A stretch of 62,089 nucleotides of DNA from an uncultured bacterium (GTDB lineage Bacteria; Patescibacteriota; Minisyncoccia; Phycocordibacterales; PALSA-1337), in assembly GCA_903902315.1 (NCBI GenBank), contig CAIUUK010000013.1, forward strand, positions 1 to 62,089. Reading direction: 5' to 3'. A program made the translations under genes and the position numbers. This document shows positions 17,047-26,744 of this stretch, piece after piece. Numbering within the stretch: the first letter of the stretch is position 1; each line of letters opens with the position of its first letter. The notes beneath the pieces are model-generated. The model saw only the letters and a program-made list of their open reading frames with translations. It had not been told where the DNA came from and made no database searches.

Positions 17047-18381
17047 ATGCGTATGGTTTCTCTCAAATATTATTTATTAACTATTTTGGCATTGATGGTC
17101 TTTGGTGTACCAGCAATTTCCTCACGATTTTCCAGCCAGGTAGGCGAGATTGCAAATGTTTTTTCAAACGCAACCAATCAATTAGCAACCGTTATTTTGA
17201 GTCATAATCCAAAATCTGTTGCAGATATTCAGGCTGATTATTTATCAGCAAATTCAACCATTTTCTCGACAACTTCAACCGTAACAACAGATTCCGCTAA
17301 TTCTACTACTACAAATAAAGTTAGAATTTTGCTAGTTCCAGGACATGAGCCGAATTATGGAGGAGCAGAGTATGCAAATATAAAAGAAAGAAATATGACA
17401 GTGGAACTTGCCCAGAATCTGTCTGATTTTCTAGGGAATGATAGTCACTATCAAGTCTTTGTAACTCGGGATAGTTCAGATTGGTCACCTGTTTTTGTAG
17501 ATTATTTTAAAAATGATTGGCAAAGTATTGTAGATTGGGAGAATGTATCAATTAGAGATATGGCACAGCGTATTTCTATAGGTTCAAGTACTAAACCTAT
17601 TCAAACAGTTTCACATAATCGTGTACCAAATGATGTAGCTACGCGTCTATACGGCATTACCAAATGGGCCAATGAAAATAACATAGACATTACCATTCAT
17701 ATTCATTTTAATGATGATACTGAACATCCAGCTAATCAAGCAGGAAAACATACAGGTTTTGCTATTTATATTCCTCAACATCAGTATGCAAACGGCACAA
17801 CTAGTCGTGATATAGCAGAAACTGTTTTTAAAAGATTAAGTAAATACAATCCTGTTAGTGATTTAGCAGGTGAATCAACTGGAATAATCGAAGATTCTGA
17901 TCTGATAGCAATAGGTGCAAACAATACAGCAGATTCTGCAAGTATGTTGATTGAATACGGTTATATTTACGAATCACAATTCAACAATCTAGATACCAGT
18001 AGTATCGCTCTGAAAGATTTAGCATATCAGACATACCTAGGTTTACAGGACTTCTTTGATCCGACAGACTCTGTGGCGACAGGTTCTGTAGCAACTGTAC
18101 GCGCATATGACACTGTAGCTTTACCTCATTCATGGATTAGAGTTGTCTCTGATAAAAATACTCAGAACGCAGATGTCTTTTCTTTGCAATCAGCTTTACT
18201 TGCTGATGGAGAATATCCACCAGCATCAAAAAATATCAGTCAGTGTCCTAGAACAGGTTCGTTTGGTGCGTGTACAAGATCAGCATTACAGGTCTTTCAA
18301 AAGAAAAATAATATAACTGGCGAAAAGGGAATAGTTGGCGAAAAGACTTTAGAAGCTTTAAATAGAAATTACGGGTTTTAG
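17047..18381 (+). CDS. N-acetylmuramoyl-L-alanine amidase with a C-terminal peptidoglycan-binding domain
   Basis: Signal/TM N-terminus, an Amidase_3-like region (LLVPGHEPNYGGAEY ... HIHFND ... IEYGY) and a PG_binding_1-like end (ALQVFQKKNNITGEKGIVGEKTLEAL). Confidence 0.75.
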   Translation: MRMVSLKYYLLTILALMVFGVPAISSRFSSQVGEIANVFSNATNQLATVILSHNPKSVADIQADYLSANSTIFSTTSTVTTDSANSTTTNKVRILLVPGHEPNYGGAEYANIKERNMTVELAQNLSDFLGNDSHYQVFVTRDSSDWSPVFVDYFKNDWQSIVDWENVSIRDMAQRISIGSSTKPIQTVSHNRVPNDVATRLYGITKWANENNIDITIHIHFNDDTEHPANQAGKHTGFAIYIPQHQYANGTTSRDIAETVFKRLSKYNPVSDLAGESTGIIEDSDLIAIGANNTADSASMLIEYGYIYESQFNNLDTSSIALKDLAYQTYLGLQDFFDPTDSVATGSVATVRAYDTVALPHSWIRVVSDKNTQNADVFSLQSALLADGEYPPASKNISQCPRTGSFGACTRSALQVFQKKNNITGEKGIVGEKTLEALNRNYGF

Positions 18382-18387
18382 TTTTAG

Positions 18388-19662
18388 CTACAAAATACTA
18401 TTTTTTTTGAGCTCTTCTTTAGCTACTCTAGCATCACTCCAAGGCGTTTTTGATCCATTTGGTCCCATGATATATGGATCAGTACCTTTTCCTGTGATGA
18501 TGACTGCATCACCTGTGGTTGCTCGTTTTATACCTTCTCTGATAGCTAGTCTTCTATCCATGATAATTGTTGGAGGACTAGACATTCCTTTTGCAACATC
18601 ATCGACAATAGATCGTGGATCTTCATCATAAGGATCCTCGTTGGTCAGAATTACCTCATCACAATATTCGTCAGCAAGCCGCCCCATTTCTTTACGCTTC
18701 CAACTATCTCGCCCACCACCTGTTCCACCTAGAATACAGATCATTCGTGATGACTGGAATACCTGATAAACTTTTTCAAGTGAATCAGCTGTGTGTGCAT
18801 AATCAACTATGACTTTGAAATCTTGACCAGCGTCAATATTTTCAAGACGTCCAGCTATTCCTGTGAATTTTTCTATTGCGCGAATAATTGCCCCATCTTC
18901 AATTTTCTGGCTTTTGGCTGTGGTGATAGCTGCGAGAAGGTTGTAAAGGTTAAATAGTCCGGAAAGATGAGTTGAGACTTTTTTGTCATTGATGGTAAAT
19001 TCTATGCCTTCTTTTTTTAGAGTATATGGTTCGAGCGAATTTATTTTGAAAGGTATTTTCTCATCCGCGTCACAAGCTAGGAATTTATCACCTTCTTTAT
19101 CATCGGCGTTTGCAATCATGATACGGTTCTTTTTGTGAGAAAGGATGAGACGTTTTGCTATGGATAGCTTGGCATCGCGATAATTTTCATACGAACCATG
19201 TGCTTCTATGTGTTCAGGTGAAAGGTTTGTAAATACGAAAACATCGAAGTCTATAAAGAGATGTCTGTAAGTGATGGCACCTTGAGATGTCATTTCTAGT
19301 ATTGCGTAATTACAACCAGCTTTGACGGCACTGCGTAAGAATTTGTGCATAAAGAAACGACCAGGCATACTCATTTTGTAAAGGTTGTCAGAAGAAATGT
19401 TGCCAATTTTGAAACGAATAGTGTTGGTGATTGCGGTTTTGAAGCCAGCTTCTTCAAGGATTGCGCTGATAATTTCAACAGTTGAGCTTTTTCCTTTTGT
19501 GCCAGTAACAGCGATGATCTTTATGTGTCTAGAAGGGAAACGATAAATGCAGGCTGCTATGGCAGAGAGAATCCAGTGATAAATCGGGCTAAGGATTTTA
19601 TAGAGAGCATCAGGAATAAGTTTACGGACTTTTGCGAGAATTGAGTCAATCATACGGCTCAT
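18388..19662 (-). CDS. murE: Mur ligase family protein (MurE-like)
   Basis: VTGTKGKSST P-loop, the central Mur ligase domain and the C-terminal DYAHTADSLEKV motif. Confidence 0.8.
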   Translation of the reverse strand: MSRMIDSILAKVRKLIPDALYKILSPIYHWILSAIAACIYRFPSRHIKIIAVTGTKGKSSTVEIISAILEEAGFKTAITNTIRFKIGNISSDNLYKMSMPGRFFMHKFLRSAVKAGCNYAILEMTSQGAITYRHLFIDFDVFVFTNLSPEHIEAHGSYENYRDAKLSIAKRLILSHKKNRIMIANADDKEGDKFLACDADEKIPFKINSLEPYTLKKEGIEFTINDKKVSTHLSGLFNLYNLLAAITTAKSQKIEDGAIIRAIEKFTGIAGRLENIDAGQDFKVIVDYAHTADSLEKVYQVFQSSRMICILGGTGGGRDSWKRKEMGRLADEYCDEVILTNEDPYDEDPRSIVDDVAKGMSSPPTIIMDRRLAIREGIKRATTGDAVIITGKGTDPYIMGPNGSKTPWSDARVAKEELKKNSIL

Positions 19663-19772
19663 TATGGCTTATTTATGGGGTTTAGCGCTACTTGACAGTA
19701 TGTATTAATAATGCTATCATTCAAGTAGGCCTGACAAATCATCAATCAAGGTGATGTCAGGAATTGATAACT

Positions 19773-20111
19773 ATGAAAACTAAATTATGTTTGTTGCTCG
19801 TTGCGGTGTTCGCGGTGTTAATCATCACTCCTGCCGTCTTGGCAGAAGGGAGTTCGTCCAAATCCTCGCCTCCTTCTCCTTTCGTGAGTGAGAAGGTTGG
19901 GGTCAGCCCGTTTTGGCTAACGCAAGCCGAGATCGGTGCTGGGATACGGTATTACCAACAAGGGGTATATTACTTCCCGATGGTTGGGGAAGAATACCGG
20001 ATTAACCTGGCCATGTTTCTCAAGGGTCATCAAGGGCTAGAGTTGGTCACCTCAACCCCTGACGGCACAAATAGTTATACCGTCATCCTCCGGTTACGGG
20101 AGAAGAAATAA
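19773..20111 (+). CDS. Small secreted hypothetical protein; the gene is visibly G+C-richer than its neighbours
   Basis: Signal peptide MKTKLCLLLVAVFAVLIITPAVLA, its own terminator and no recognised family. Confidence 0.5.
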   Translation: MKTKLCLLLVAVFAVLIITPAVLAEGSSSKSSPPSPFVSEKVGVSPFWLTQAEIGAGIRYYQQGVYYFPMVGEEYRINLAMFLKGHQGLELVTSTPDGTNSYTVILRLREKK

Positions 20112-20130
20112 ATAACCAAAACCTTCGCAA

Positions 20131-20166
20131 CCCTCGCATGATTCGTTTCGTGCGAGGGATTTTTTA
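20131..20166. terminator. Hairpin terminator between convergent genes
   Basis: CCCTCGCA ... TGCGAGGG stem followed by a T run. Confidence 0.6.
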
Positions 20167-20178
20167 TTATGATCATCT

Positions 20179-20775
20179 TTAACTGAGCATCTTGAGGGCT
20201 GCTTTAACTTTTGCTCCAGTAGCTGTAATACTTTTGTCGATTTTTTTGAGAGCTTCACGAGATTCATCAACACTAAAGCCGAGTGCTTTCAATGTTTCGA
20301 CAGCATCCATGTCACTTGAAATTTCAGCAGAATATTCTGTATCACCGTGGGTGTGGGCGAATGGTGCAAGTTTATCTTTGAGTTCGAGGACAATTTTTTC
20401 AGCGGTTTTTCTGCCAATGCCGGAAACTTTAACTAGATGAGAAGTGGAGCCAGAACGAATAGCAGAGACCAAAGTATCACTAGCTACGAGAGAAAGAATG
20501 TTGAGTGCACTTTTTGGACCAATACCAGAAATGCCGATCAACAGTTCAAAAAAATCGCGTTCTTTTTTGTTTATAAAACCGTATAAATCGTTAGTATCTT
20601 CACGAATGACATTATATATAGAAAGTCGTGTTTCTTCACCAATCTTAATTGATTGGATTGAATCATCAGTCAAAAAAACTTTATAGCCAATAGCACCACG
20701 CCCAGGCTCGCCAATTTCAATAATTGTATATCGGTTGCCAATTTCGGTGATTTGTCCACGAAGGGAGGCGATCAT
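20179..20775 (-). CDS. ruvA: Holliday junction DNA-binding protein RuvA
   Basis: MIASLRGQI... OB-fold N-terminus, HhH motifs (ISGIGPKSALNIL, VSGIGRKTAEKIV) and a C-terminal domain III. Confidence 0.9.
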   Translation of the reverse strand: MIASLRGQITEIGNRYTIIEIGEPGRGAIGYKVFLTDDSIQSIKIGEETRLSIYNVIREDTNDLYGFINKKERDFFELLIGISGIGPKSALNILSLVASDTLVSAIRSGSTSHLVKVSGIGRKTAEKIVLELKDKLAPFAHTHGDTEYSAEISSDMDAVETLKALGFSVDESREALKKIDKSITATGAKVKAALKMLS

Positions 20776-20884
20776 GTGTATAAGTATATAGTATAGGGTA
20801 TTAAAGTATATAGTATGATGAATTGCTTTTGGATTCTTGCCATTTTTTAAGCGATATGTTACCTTTCAAGGACATTTAAATCAT

Positions 20885-21148
20885 ATGGCTATCACTTCAT
20901 CAGCAAAAAAGGCTCTCCGTGCTTCAAAAAAGAAGCGTGTTTTCAATCTTCGTAGTAAGGCTGCTATTGAAAAAAACATAAAAGCTTTTCGTAAACTTGT
21001 TCTTGCAAAGAACAAAGTCGAAGCTACTAAACTTGTTCCTGTTATCTATCAAGCTCTTGATAAGGCTGTTAAAACTGGTTATATCAAAGCGAATGCTGGC
21101 TCACGCAGTAAGTCTCGCGTGATGAAGGCGCTCGCAAAGATCGCTTAG
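20885..21148 (+). CDS. rpsT: 30S ribosomal protein S20
   Basis: MAITSSAKKALRASKKKRVFNLRSK... is a typical S20 N-terminus. The start was set at the ATG at 20885. Confidence 0.9.
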   Translation: MAITSSAKKALRASKKKRVFNLRSKAAIEKNIKAFRKLVLAKNKVEATKLVPVIYQALDKAVKTGYIKANAGSRSKSRVMKALAKIA

Positions 21149-21175
21149 TTTGGATTTGTCGGGGTGGTTCGGTAT

Positions 21176-21247
21176 GCCCTCGTCGTTCAATGGATAGGAC
21201 GCAAGATTGCGGATCTTGCAATGTAGGTTCGATTCCTACCGGGGGCA
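21176..21247 (+). tRNA. tRNA-Arg (anticodon GCG)
   Basis: Hand fold: GCCCTCG/CGGGGGC acceptor (one G-T pair), GTTC/GGAC D stem, CAAGA/TCTTG anticodon stem with loop TTGCGGA, GTAGG-TTCGATT-CCTAC T arm. Confidence 0.85.
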
Positions 21248-21251
21248 CAAA

Positions 21252-22055
21252 ATGTTTGTGATACAAAAAGAAGAAGGAAAGACTCCTCTGGAAGCTCTCG
21301 AGGAACTTCGTCGTGAGAAAGGTTTAACAGATGACGTTCCAATGACTTATGCTGGCAGACTTGATCCGATGGCTGAAGGCCGACTCCTAATACTCGTTGG
21401 TGATGAATGTAAAAAGAAAGAAGAATATCTGGGACTTGATAAAGAATATGAAATTGAAGTTTTACTGGGAATTGGAAGCGATACAGGTGACGTGTTAGGT
21501 GTAATTGAAATTGATAATAGAAAAGTTAATAGAGAAGTACAAATAGGTTCGAAAATAGGTGCAGATATAATTAATGAAAAAATTATTGCCGAGAGAATTA
21601 AATTTTTAACAGGAAAGCGTAGTGAAAAATACCCGTCATTTTCATCAAAGACCGTGAATGGAAAACCCTTATTTGTTCATATGAGGGAAGGTGGCATAAA
21701 AAATGGATTAATAAATGACGGTAACACAGATGCTGTGGAAATTCCAGAAAAAATTATTGAAATATATGAAATTGACCTTCTGGGAATAGAGTTGATTGGA
21801 ATTGAAGATTTAATCAAAATTTCTATTGAACGAATAAAAAAAGTTAAAGGAGATTTTAGACAAAACGAGATAATCCAATCGTGGCAAAAAAATGATTCTT
21901 CATCTTTAAGGTTTCAGATAATCAAACTGCGAGTTAAATCTTCTTCGGGTGCGTACATGAGAACTTTGGCTCAAAAATTTGGTGAATTGTGTGACACAAA
22001 GGCTATTGCTTGGAAAATTAAGCGAACAAAAATAGGTGACTACTCAATAAATTAG
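21252..22055 (+). CDS. truB: tRNA pseudouridine-55 synthase TruB-like
   Basis: YAGRLDPMAEGRLLILVG matches the TruB catalytic-Asp motif (GTLDPxAxGxL). The start was set at the MFVIQKEEG Met at 21252, 5 nt after the tRNA. The ORF-track start at 21207 would overlap the tRNA. Confidence 0.75.
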   Translation: MFVIQKEEGKTPLEALEELRREKGLTDDVPMTYAGRLDPMAEGRLLILVGDECKKKEEYLGLDKEYEIEVLLGIGSDTGDVLGVIEIDNRKVNREVQIGSKIGADIINEKIIAERIKFLTGKRSEKYPSFSSKTVNGKPLFVHMREGGIKNGLINDGNTDAVEIPEKIIEIYEIDLLGIELIGIEDLIKISIERIKKVKGDFRQNEIIQSWQKNDSSSLRFQIIKLRVKSSSGAYMRTLAQKFGELCDTKAIAWKIKRTKIGDYSIN

Positions 22056-22519
22056 AAACCAAATCCTTCTAGGAAGTGTTTCAAGAAAGGTTCGTGGTGT
22101 TCAGTTTCAGCAATGTATTTAAGTAAGACTTCTCGAACTGATTCAGGGTCTATCTCTTCAATATAAATAATAAAGAGAGGCATGAGCAACTTGCGAGATT
22201 TCAATATAAGTTTTGGTTTATTTATTTCATCGTGTGGAATCCAAAATGAATCCAAAGTTAGAAAAGGGTAGAGGGTATTATCAAATATGATTCCTCGGTC
22301 GTTGACTTCACAGTAGACACGCTTTGGTGGACGAGATGCATGAAGTACTAGTGCAACTGCGGCGACGATTATAAATATACCCGTGATAATTTGACCAAAA
22401 ATAAGTGCTACGGCTGAAAGAGCCAAAGTGATTATGCCTACAACCCAGAACCAATCTGGTTTTTTTTCAACATAGAAATGTGCAGGTGCATTCCAAGAGA
22501 TGAGAGCTTCGGTTGCCAT
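22052..22519 (-). CDS. Membrane hypothetical protein, 155 aa
   Basis: Two TM helices followed by a soluble C-terminal domain. No family was recognised. Confidence 0.5.
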   Translation of the reverse strand: MATEALISWNAPAHFYVEKKPDWFWVVGIITLALSAVALIFGQIITGIFIIVAAVALVLHASRPPKRVYCEVNDRGIIFDNTLYPFLTLDSFWIPHDEINKPKLILKSRKLLMPLFIIYIEEIDPESVREVLLKYIAETEHHEPFLKHFLEGFGF

Positions 22520-22571
22520 GTTGAAATTATAGCATTAATACAGTTGAGAAAGATGTGAATAACACCAGTTG

Positions 22572-22659
22572 CGGAGGAGGTGAGATTCGAACTCACGGTC
22601 CAGTTGCCCGGACTCCGCTTTTCAAGAGCGGTGCCTTAAACCACTCGAGCCACTCCTCC
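22572..22659 (-). tRNA. tRNA-Ser (anticodon TGA), class II with a long variable arm
   Basis: Hand fold: GGAGGAG/CTCCTCC acceptor, CCGCT/AGCGG anticodon stem with loop CTTGAAA, variable arm GTCC...GGAC, GTGAG-TTCGAAT-CTCAC T arm. CCA is not encoded. Confidence 0.9.
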
Positions 22660-22715
22660 ATGTTTTCAGACACAAAATACCGTGCTGAATACACTAGATA
22701 CTCTCATATTTTTGT

Positions 22716-23186
22716 TTAATTTTCAAGACCCTTTTCTTTCAGGTGTTTTTCGTAGTGACAGTTTGGACACACTAGCTCAAGGTTACTGAAATTATTATTT
22801 GATCGGTTTCTGTCTATGTGGTGTATGTGTAAAATCTCATACTTATTGTAACTACATATTTCACATTTCATTCCTCGCATTTTTATGAGTCTTTTCTTTA
22901 TAATTTCTTGTGTTCGAACTTTATCATTAGGCCTTTTGATTCCATATTTTATACCAGATCTGTTTTTGTTTGAACATGTTCTGCTGCAAGTTTTTTTGTG
23001 TAAACCAGACAAAATCATTTTTCCACAAACAACACAAGGTTTTTCGTCCCGACAAAATTTACCATAACAGGCATTACTACAAAAAATATTACCACCATTT
23101 AGTTGAATTTGAGAAGGTCTTTTGTATATACGTTTGCTACATATTTTACAGTTTGTATTCGGGTTTCTTTTATATTGCTCAGCCAT
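22716..23186 (-). CDS. HNH endonuclease with multiple CxxC zinc knuckles
   Basis: The C-terminal ILHIHHIDRNRSNNNFSNLELVCPNCHYEKH is an HNH motif. Upstream there are repeated CxxC...CSxxC units. Confidence 0.7.
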   Translation of the reverse strand: MAEQYKRNPNTNCKICSKRIYKRPSQIQLNGGNIFCSNACYGKFCRDEKPCVVCGKMILSGLHKKTCSRTCSNKNRSGIKYGIKRPNDKVRTQEIIKKRLIKMRGMKCEICSYNKYEILHIHHIDRNRSNNNFSNLELVCPNCHYEKHLKEKGLEN

Positions 23187-23237
23187 TAATCCAGTATACC
23201 ACAAGACAATCTAGAGGAATTATTCTAATATAAAAGC

Positions 23238-23639
23238 ATGAGAATTCTAGGTATAGACTATGGAACTAAACGCATCGGCATAGCGGTTTCTGACCTGGAT
23301 GCGCAATTCGCGTTACCTCATTCGGTTATTCAAAATTCAAATGCTGAATCAAAAAGACAAGCTATTCTTGATGAAATTGTTTTGATCGCTCAGACAAACG
23401 AAATAAAAACCGTTGTTATTGGTGAGTCGCGTGATTATAAAGGTCAGCCAAATAAAATTTTGCCAGTTGTGTTGAATCTGAAAAAAGATTTAGAAGGGCA
23501 GGGGTTTGAAGTCCATCTGGAACTAGAATTTATGACCAGCCAACAAGCAGAAAGATTTCAAGGTAAAACAGATAAATCAGATTCAGCAGCAGCAGCACTT
23601 ATTTTGCAGTCATATTTAGATAGCTACAAAAACAAGTAA
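23238..23639 (+). CDS. ruvX: Putative pre-16S rRNA nuclease / Holliday junction resolvase-like RuvX (YqgF)
   Basis: MRILGIDYGTKRIGIAVSD N-terminus, typical of YqgF. Confidence 0.9.
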   Translation: MRILGIDYGTKRIGIAVSDLDAQFALPHSVIQNSNAESKRQAILDEIVLIAQTNEIKTVVIGESRDYKGQPNKILPVVLNLKKDLEGQGFEVHLELEFMTSQQAERFQGKTDKSDSAAAALILQSYLDSYKNK

Positions 23640-23675
23640 TTATACTTCTGGACACCTATAGAATATACTTTCATC

Positions 23676-24269
23676 ATGTTTTCATTTCTAAACCCTCATA
23701 TAATAATTGCTACACTCGGACTTGTCGGAGTTATCAGTATTGTTTTTGCTGAGACAGGTTTATTTTTTGGTTTCTTTTTACCGGGTGATTCATTGCTTTT
23801 TACTGCTGGATTTTTGGCTTCACAACATCAAATTTCTTTTGCATGGTTACTCATTGGAGCTTTTCTTGCCGCGGTTATAGGAGACAGTGTTGGTTACGCT
23901 TTTGGAAAAAAAGTTGGGCCAGCTATTTTTGTAAAAGAAAATTCTGTTTTTTTCGATAAAAAACACATAGCTAGATCACAGTATTTTTATGAAAAATATG
24001 GAAAGAAAACTATTATTTTGGCACGATTTATACCAATCATTCGAACATTTGCACCAATAGTTGCTGGTATTGGAAATATGACTTACAAGACCTTTGTTAG
24101 TTTCAATGTCATCGGCGCGTTTGCTTGGACATGGGTTATGTTGTGGTTGGGCTATGGTTTTGGGTCTATTATTCCAAACCCAGATAGATATGTAATCCCC
24201 GCGGTGATTGTTATTGTCATAATTTCGGCGACTCCGGCATTGAGAGAAATATTTAGGAAAAGAACCTAG
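23676..24269 (+). CDS. DedA-family membrane protein
   Basis: FFLPGDSLLFTAG and ARFIPIIRTFAPIVAG motifs. Confidence 0.85.
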   Translation: MFSFLNPHIIIATLGLVGVISIVFAETGLFFGFFLPGDSLLFTAGFLASQHQISFAWLLIGAFLAAVIGDSVGYAFGKKVGPAIFVKENSVFFDKKHIARSQYFYEKYGKKTIILARFIPIIRTFAPIVAGIGNMTYKTFVSFNVIGAFAWTWVMLWLGYGFGSIIPNPDRYVIPAVIVIVIISATPALREIFRKRT

Positions 24270-24315
24270 AAAAGTTGATTATTGGTCGCCAGTTATTTGT
24301 GCTAAAATATTACTG

Positions 24316-25266
24316 ATGCATCAATCGCTTTTCTTTAAACTTTTTCCTCCACCAAAATTCCTCTTGATGCCACATGTTGGCATCGATATCTCTGACGACG
24401 CTATTTCTTTTATCGAATACTCTAGACCAGTAGGGGATAGAACGATTACCAAACACGGAACTGTTAATTTGGATGTCGGAATTATTGAAGGTGGTGATAT
24501 AAAAGACGAGGCTAAATTACTCGAAATACTGAGTACTATTGTTCGTGATAACAATTTGTTGTATGCAAAATTATCCATACCAGAAGAGAAAGCTTATTTG
24601 TTTGAGACAGAAATTCCTTATGGTGATTTGAAATTAATTAGTCAAAATATTGAATTTAAGCTCGAAGAAAATATACCTCTTTCTGCTGCTGATGTAATTT
24701 TCACTTTCGATTTATTACCAAATGAACACAATAAACCATGGAGAGCTAGTGTTTTTGCTGTTCCTAGAACTTACATTGAACACATGGTGGAGATGTTCAG
24801 AAAAGTCGGTATTATTCCTGTGGCATTTGAAACTGCACCAAGAGCCATTGCACGAGTAGTCTCCGGTCTTGGACAAGGAAATGTTATTGTTATTCATGTT
24901 TTACATAGAAAAACTGGTGTATATGTCATTACAGATAACGCTGTAGGTTTTACTTCAACAATTTCTATTGGTTATAGTGAAGCAAATATTGGATTATATA
25001 CTGATTCACTGGCTACAGAAATTCATCGTGTTTGTTCGTTTTGGTTAAACCAAAATCAAGATGAATTTTCGGCCATACACAAGGTTGTGGTGGTAGGACA
25101 TGATGCAGAAAATGTAGTACTTAACCTTCGAGATAAAGTTTCTGATACAGTATCTGTTGAAGTAATTGATGTTTGGCATTCTGTTTTGGATATGACGAAA
25201 TATGTTCCACCAATCGATCGTGATGGCTCGTTTGAATATGCACCAGCGGCTGGTCTCGCTCTATAA
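24316..25266 (+). CDS. pilM: Type IV pilus assembly protein PilM
   Basis: Actin-like ATPase fold start (VGIDISDDAISFIEY) and position ahead of PilN/PilO-like bitopic proteins. Confidence 0.75.
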   Translation: MHQSLFFKLFPPPKFLLMPHVGIDISDDAISFIEYSRPVGDRTITKHGTVNLDVGIIEGGDIKDEAKLLEILSTIVRDNNLLYAKLSIPEEKAYLFETEIPYGDLKLISQNIEFKLEENIPLSAADVIFTFDLLPNEHNKPWRASVFAVPRTYIEHMVEMFRKVGIIPVAFETAPRAIARVVSGLGQGNVIVIHVLHRKTGVYVITDNAVGFTSTISIGYSEANIGLYTDSLATEIHRVCSFWLNQNQDEFSAIHKVVVVGHDAENVVLNLRDKVSDTVSVEVIDVWHSVLDMTKYVPPIDRDGSFEYAPAAGLAL

Positions 25267-25272
25267 AATTAT

Positions 25273-25812
25273 ATGAGTTACACATTTCTTCCACCTGCAG
25301 AACGATTGAAAATGAAACGCGAATATCGCGTTCGTGTAGCGGTTGTATTTTTATTTTTTATTTCAACAGCTTTTATTGTAGGTGTTGGGTCATTGTTTCC
25401 GGCTTATATATATTCAGCACTTGAAGAGCGTTTACATCTAAATCAAGTTGCAGCGTTTAAAAAAACAGTTGATGCTTCAGCTATAACAGTGATACAGAAT
25501 AAATTATCGAACAGCTCTGTGTTACTCGGTGCGGTGAGTGATACACTTCAACAGAATATTTTTTCAACGATGATTAATTCTGTAGTAGCTTTGAAAGGAA
25601 ATGTCATGATTAATTCTTTGGGTTTGGAACAGCCAACTCCTGATGTTATGACTATAGATATAGTTGGTGTAGCGCCTACACGATCAGACCTACTTTCTTT
25701 TAAAGGTCGTTTACAGGGTCTGTCATCAAAAGAAACGGTGGATTTACCAATATCAACATTGGCAAAAGATAAGGATGTAGTTTTTTCAATTCAAGTAAAC
25801 GAAAAATTATAA
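25273..25812 (+). CDS. pilN: PilN-like bitopic membrane protein
   Basis: Basic N-terminus, a single TM and a coiled region. The call rests on synteny after pilM. Confidence 0.55.
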   Translation: MSYTFLPPAERLKMKREYRVRVAVVFLFFISTAFIVGVGSLFPAYIYSALEERLHLNQVAAFKKTVDASAITVIQNKLSNSSVLLGAVSDTLQQNIFSTMINSVVALKGNVMINSLGLEQPTPDVMTIDIVGVAPTRSDLLSFKGRLQGLSSKETVDLPISTLAKDKDVVFSIQVNEKL

Positions 25813-26381
25813 TGAAACATACGCATAGTCACATACCGTTACTTATACTCGCTACCACTATCACGCTTTTGGTGCTTGCTCTGTATATGTATATGTTTGG
25901 AGCTACACAAAATGCTGCTACACAGGCTGGTTTGGCTCGTGACATTGTTGCTACTGAACAGAATGATCAAACACAAGCAAAAAACTTGGCACAGATTGCT
26001 TCATCAACGACCGGGGATCGCTCAGAATTATCCTCACTTTTTATTTCATCTGATAATGTTGTATCACTCATAACTATGATGGAATATTTTGGCTCACAAT
26101 CAGGTAGTAAAGTCACGATAACATCGATTGATGCGGATCCTTTAACAAATCCTGCGCCTGGAAGTTTAAGTCATGCTCATATACATATAGACGACCAGGG
26201 AAGTTGGATTTCTGTTATGACGATGTTGTCGTTAACTGAACGAATGCCTTATGCTGGATCCATAAGTCATGTAAAAATGAATATAAATAGTTCTGATCCA
26301 AAATTGCGTACATGGGATCTTTCTTTCGATGTTCAGGTTCCATTGCTGGTTCCAATAACAGCCACGACCACAACGACTTAA
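25812..26381 (+). CDS. pilO: PilO-like bitopic membrane protein
   Basis: Single N-terminal TM, translationally coupled to the preceding gene. The call rests on synteny only. Confidence 0.45.
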   Translation: MKHTHSHIPLLILATTITLLVLALYMYMFGATQNAATQAGLARDIVATEQNDQTQAKNLAQIASSTTGDRSELSSLFISSDNVVSLITMMEYFGSQSGSKVTITSIDADPLTNPAPGSLSHAHIHIDDQGSWISVMTMLSLTERMPYAGSISHVKMNINSSDPKLRTWDLSFDVQVPLLVPITATTTTT

Positions 26382-26390
26382 TATATCTAT

Positions 26391-26744
26391 ATGTTTTCTT
26401 TCATATCAAAAAATAAATTATTTTCTAAACATAAGGCAAAAGCAAAGCCTGGTTATACTCGCTATATTAATTTAATTGGTAGTGATGCTTTTGCTGATTG
26501 GGTTATTATATTATCTATATCATGTGTTATTGCATTGTTTCTGATCGGTGTTGGTTCGTATGTATATGTTGATACAGAAGCTCAATTATCTGCACAAGCA
26601 AATATTTCTGTCACATCGAGTAAGGCATCACATTTCGATGTAAAAAAACTAACTTCAGTCATCACCACATTTGACGCTCGTGCCAATGAGAGGGTATTGT
26701 TAAGTAAAGGCTATGTTGGGCCTAAGGATCCATCCCTCCCGTAG
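26391..26744 (+). CDS. Bitopic membrane hypothetical protein in the pilus operon
   Basis: One TM segment. It is the last gene of the pilMNO cluster and its 3' end overlaps the tRNA-Arg start by 10 nt. Confidence 0.4.
   Translation: MFSFISKNKLFSKHKAKAKPGYTRYINLIGSDAFADWVIILSISCVIALFLIGVGSYVYVDTEAQLSAQANISVTSSKASHFDVKKLTSVITTFDARANERVLLSKGYVGPKDPSLP

Noticed and set aside
20782-20816. 13-nt direct repeat AAGTATATAGTAT x2 between ruvA and rpsT
   Set aside because: It is most simply two TATAGT-type -10 elements of divergent promoters. The same TATAGTAT core appears in other promoters of this window.
21207-21251. ORF-track start of truB at 21207
   Set aside because: It would overlap almost the whole 3' half of tRNA-Arg(GCG). 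The Met at 21252 gives a normal TruB N-terminus.
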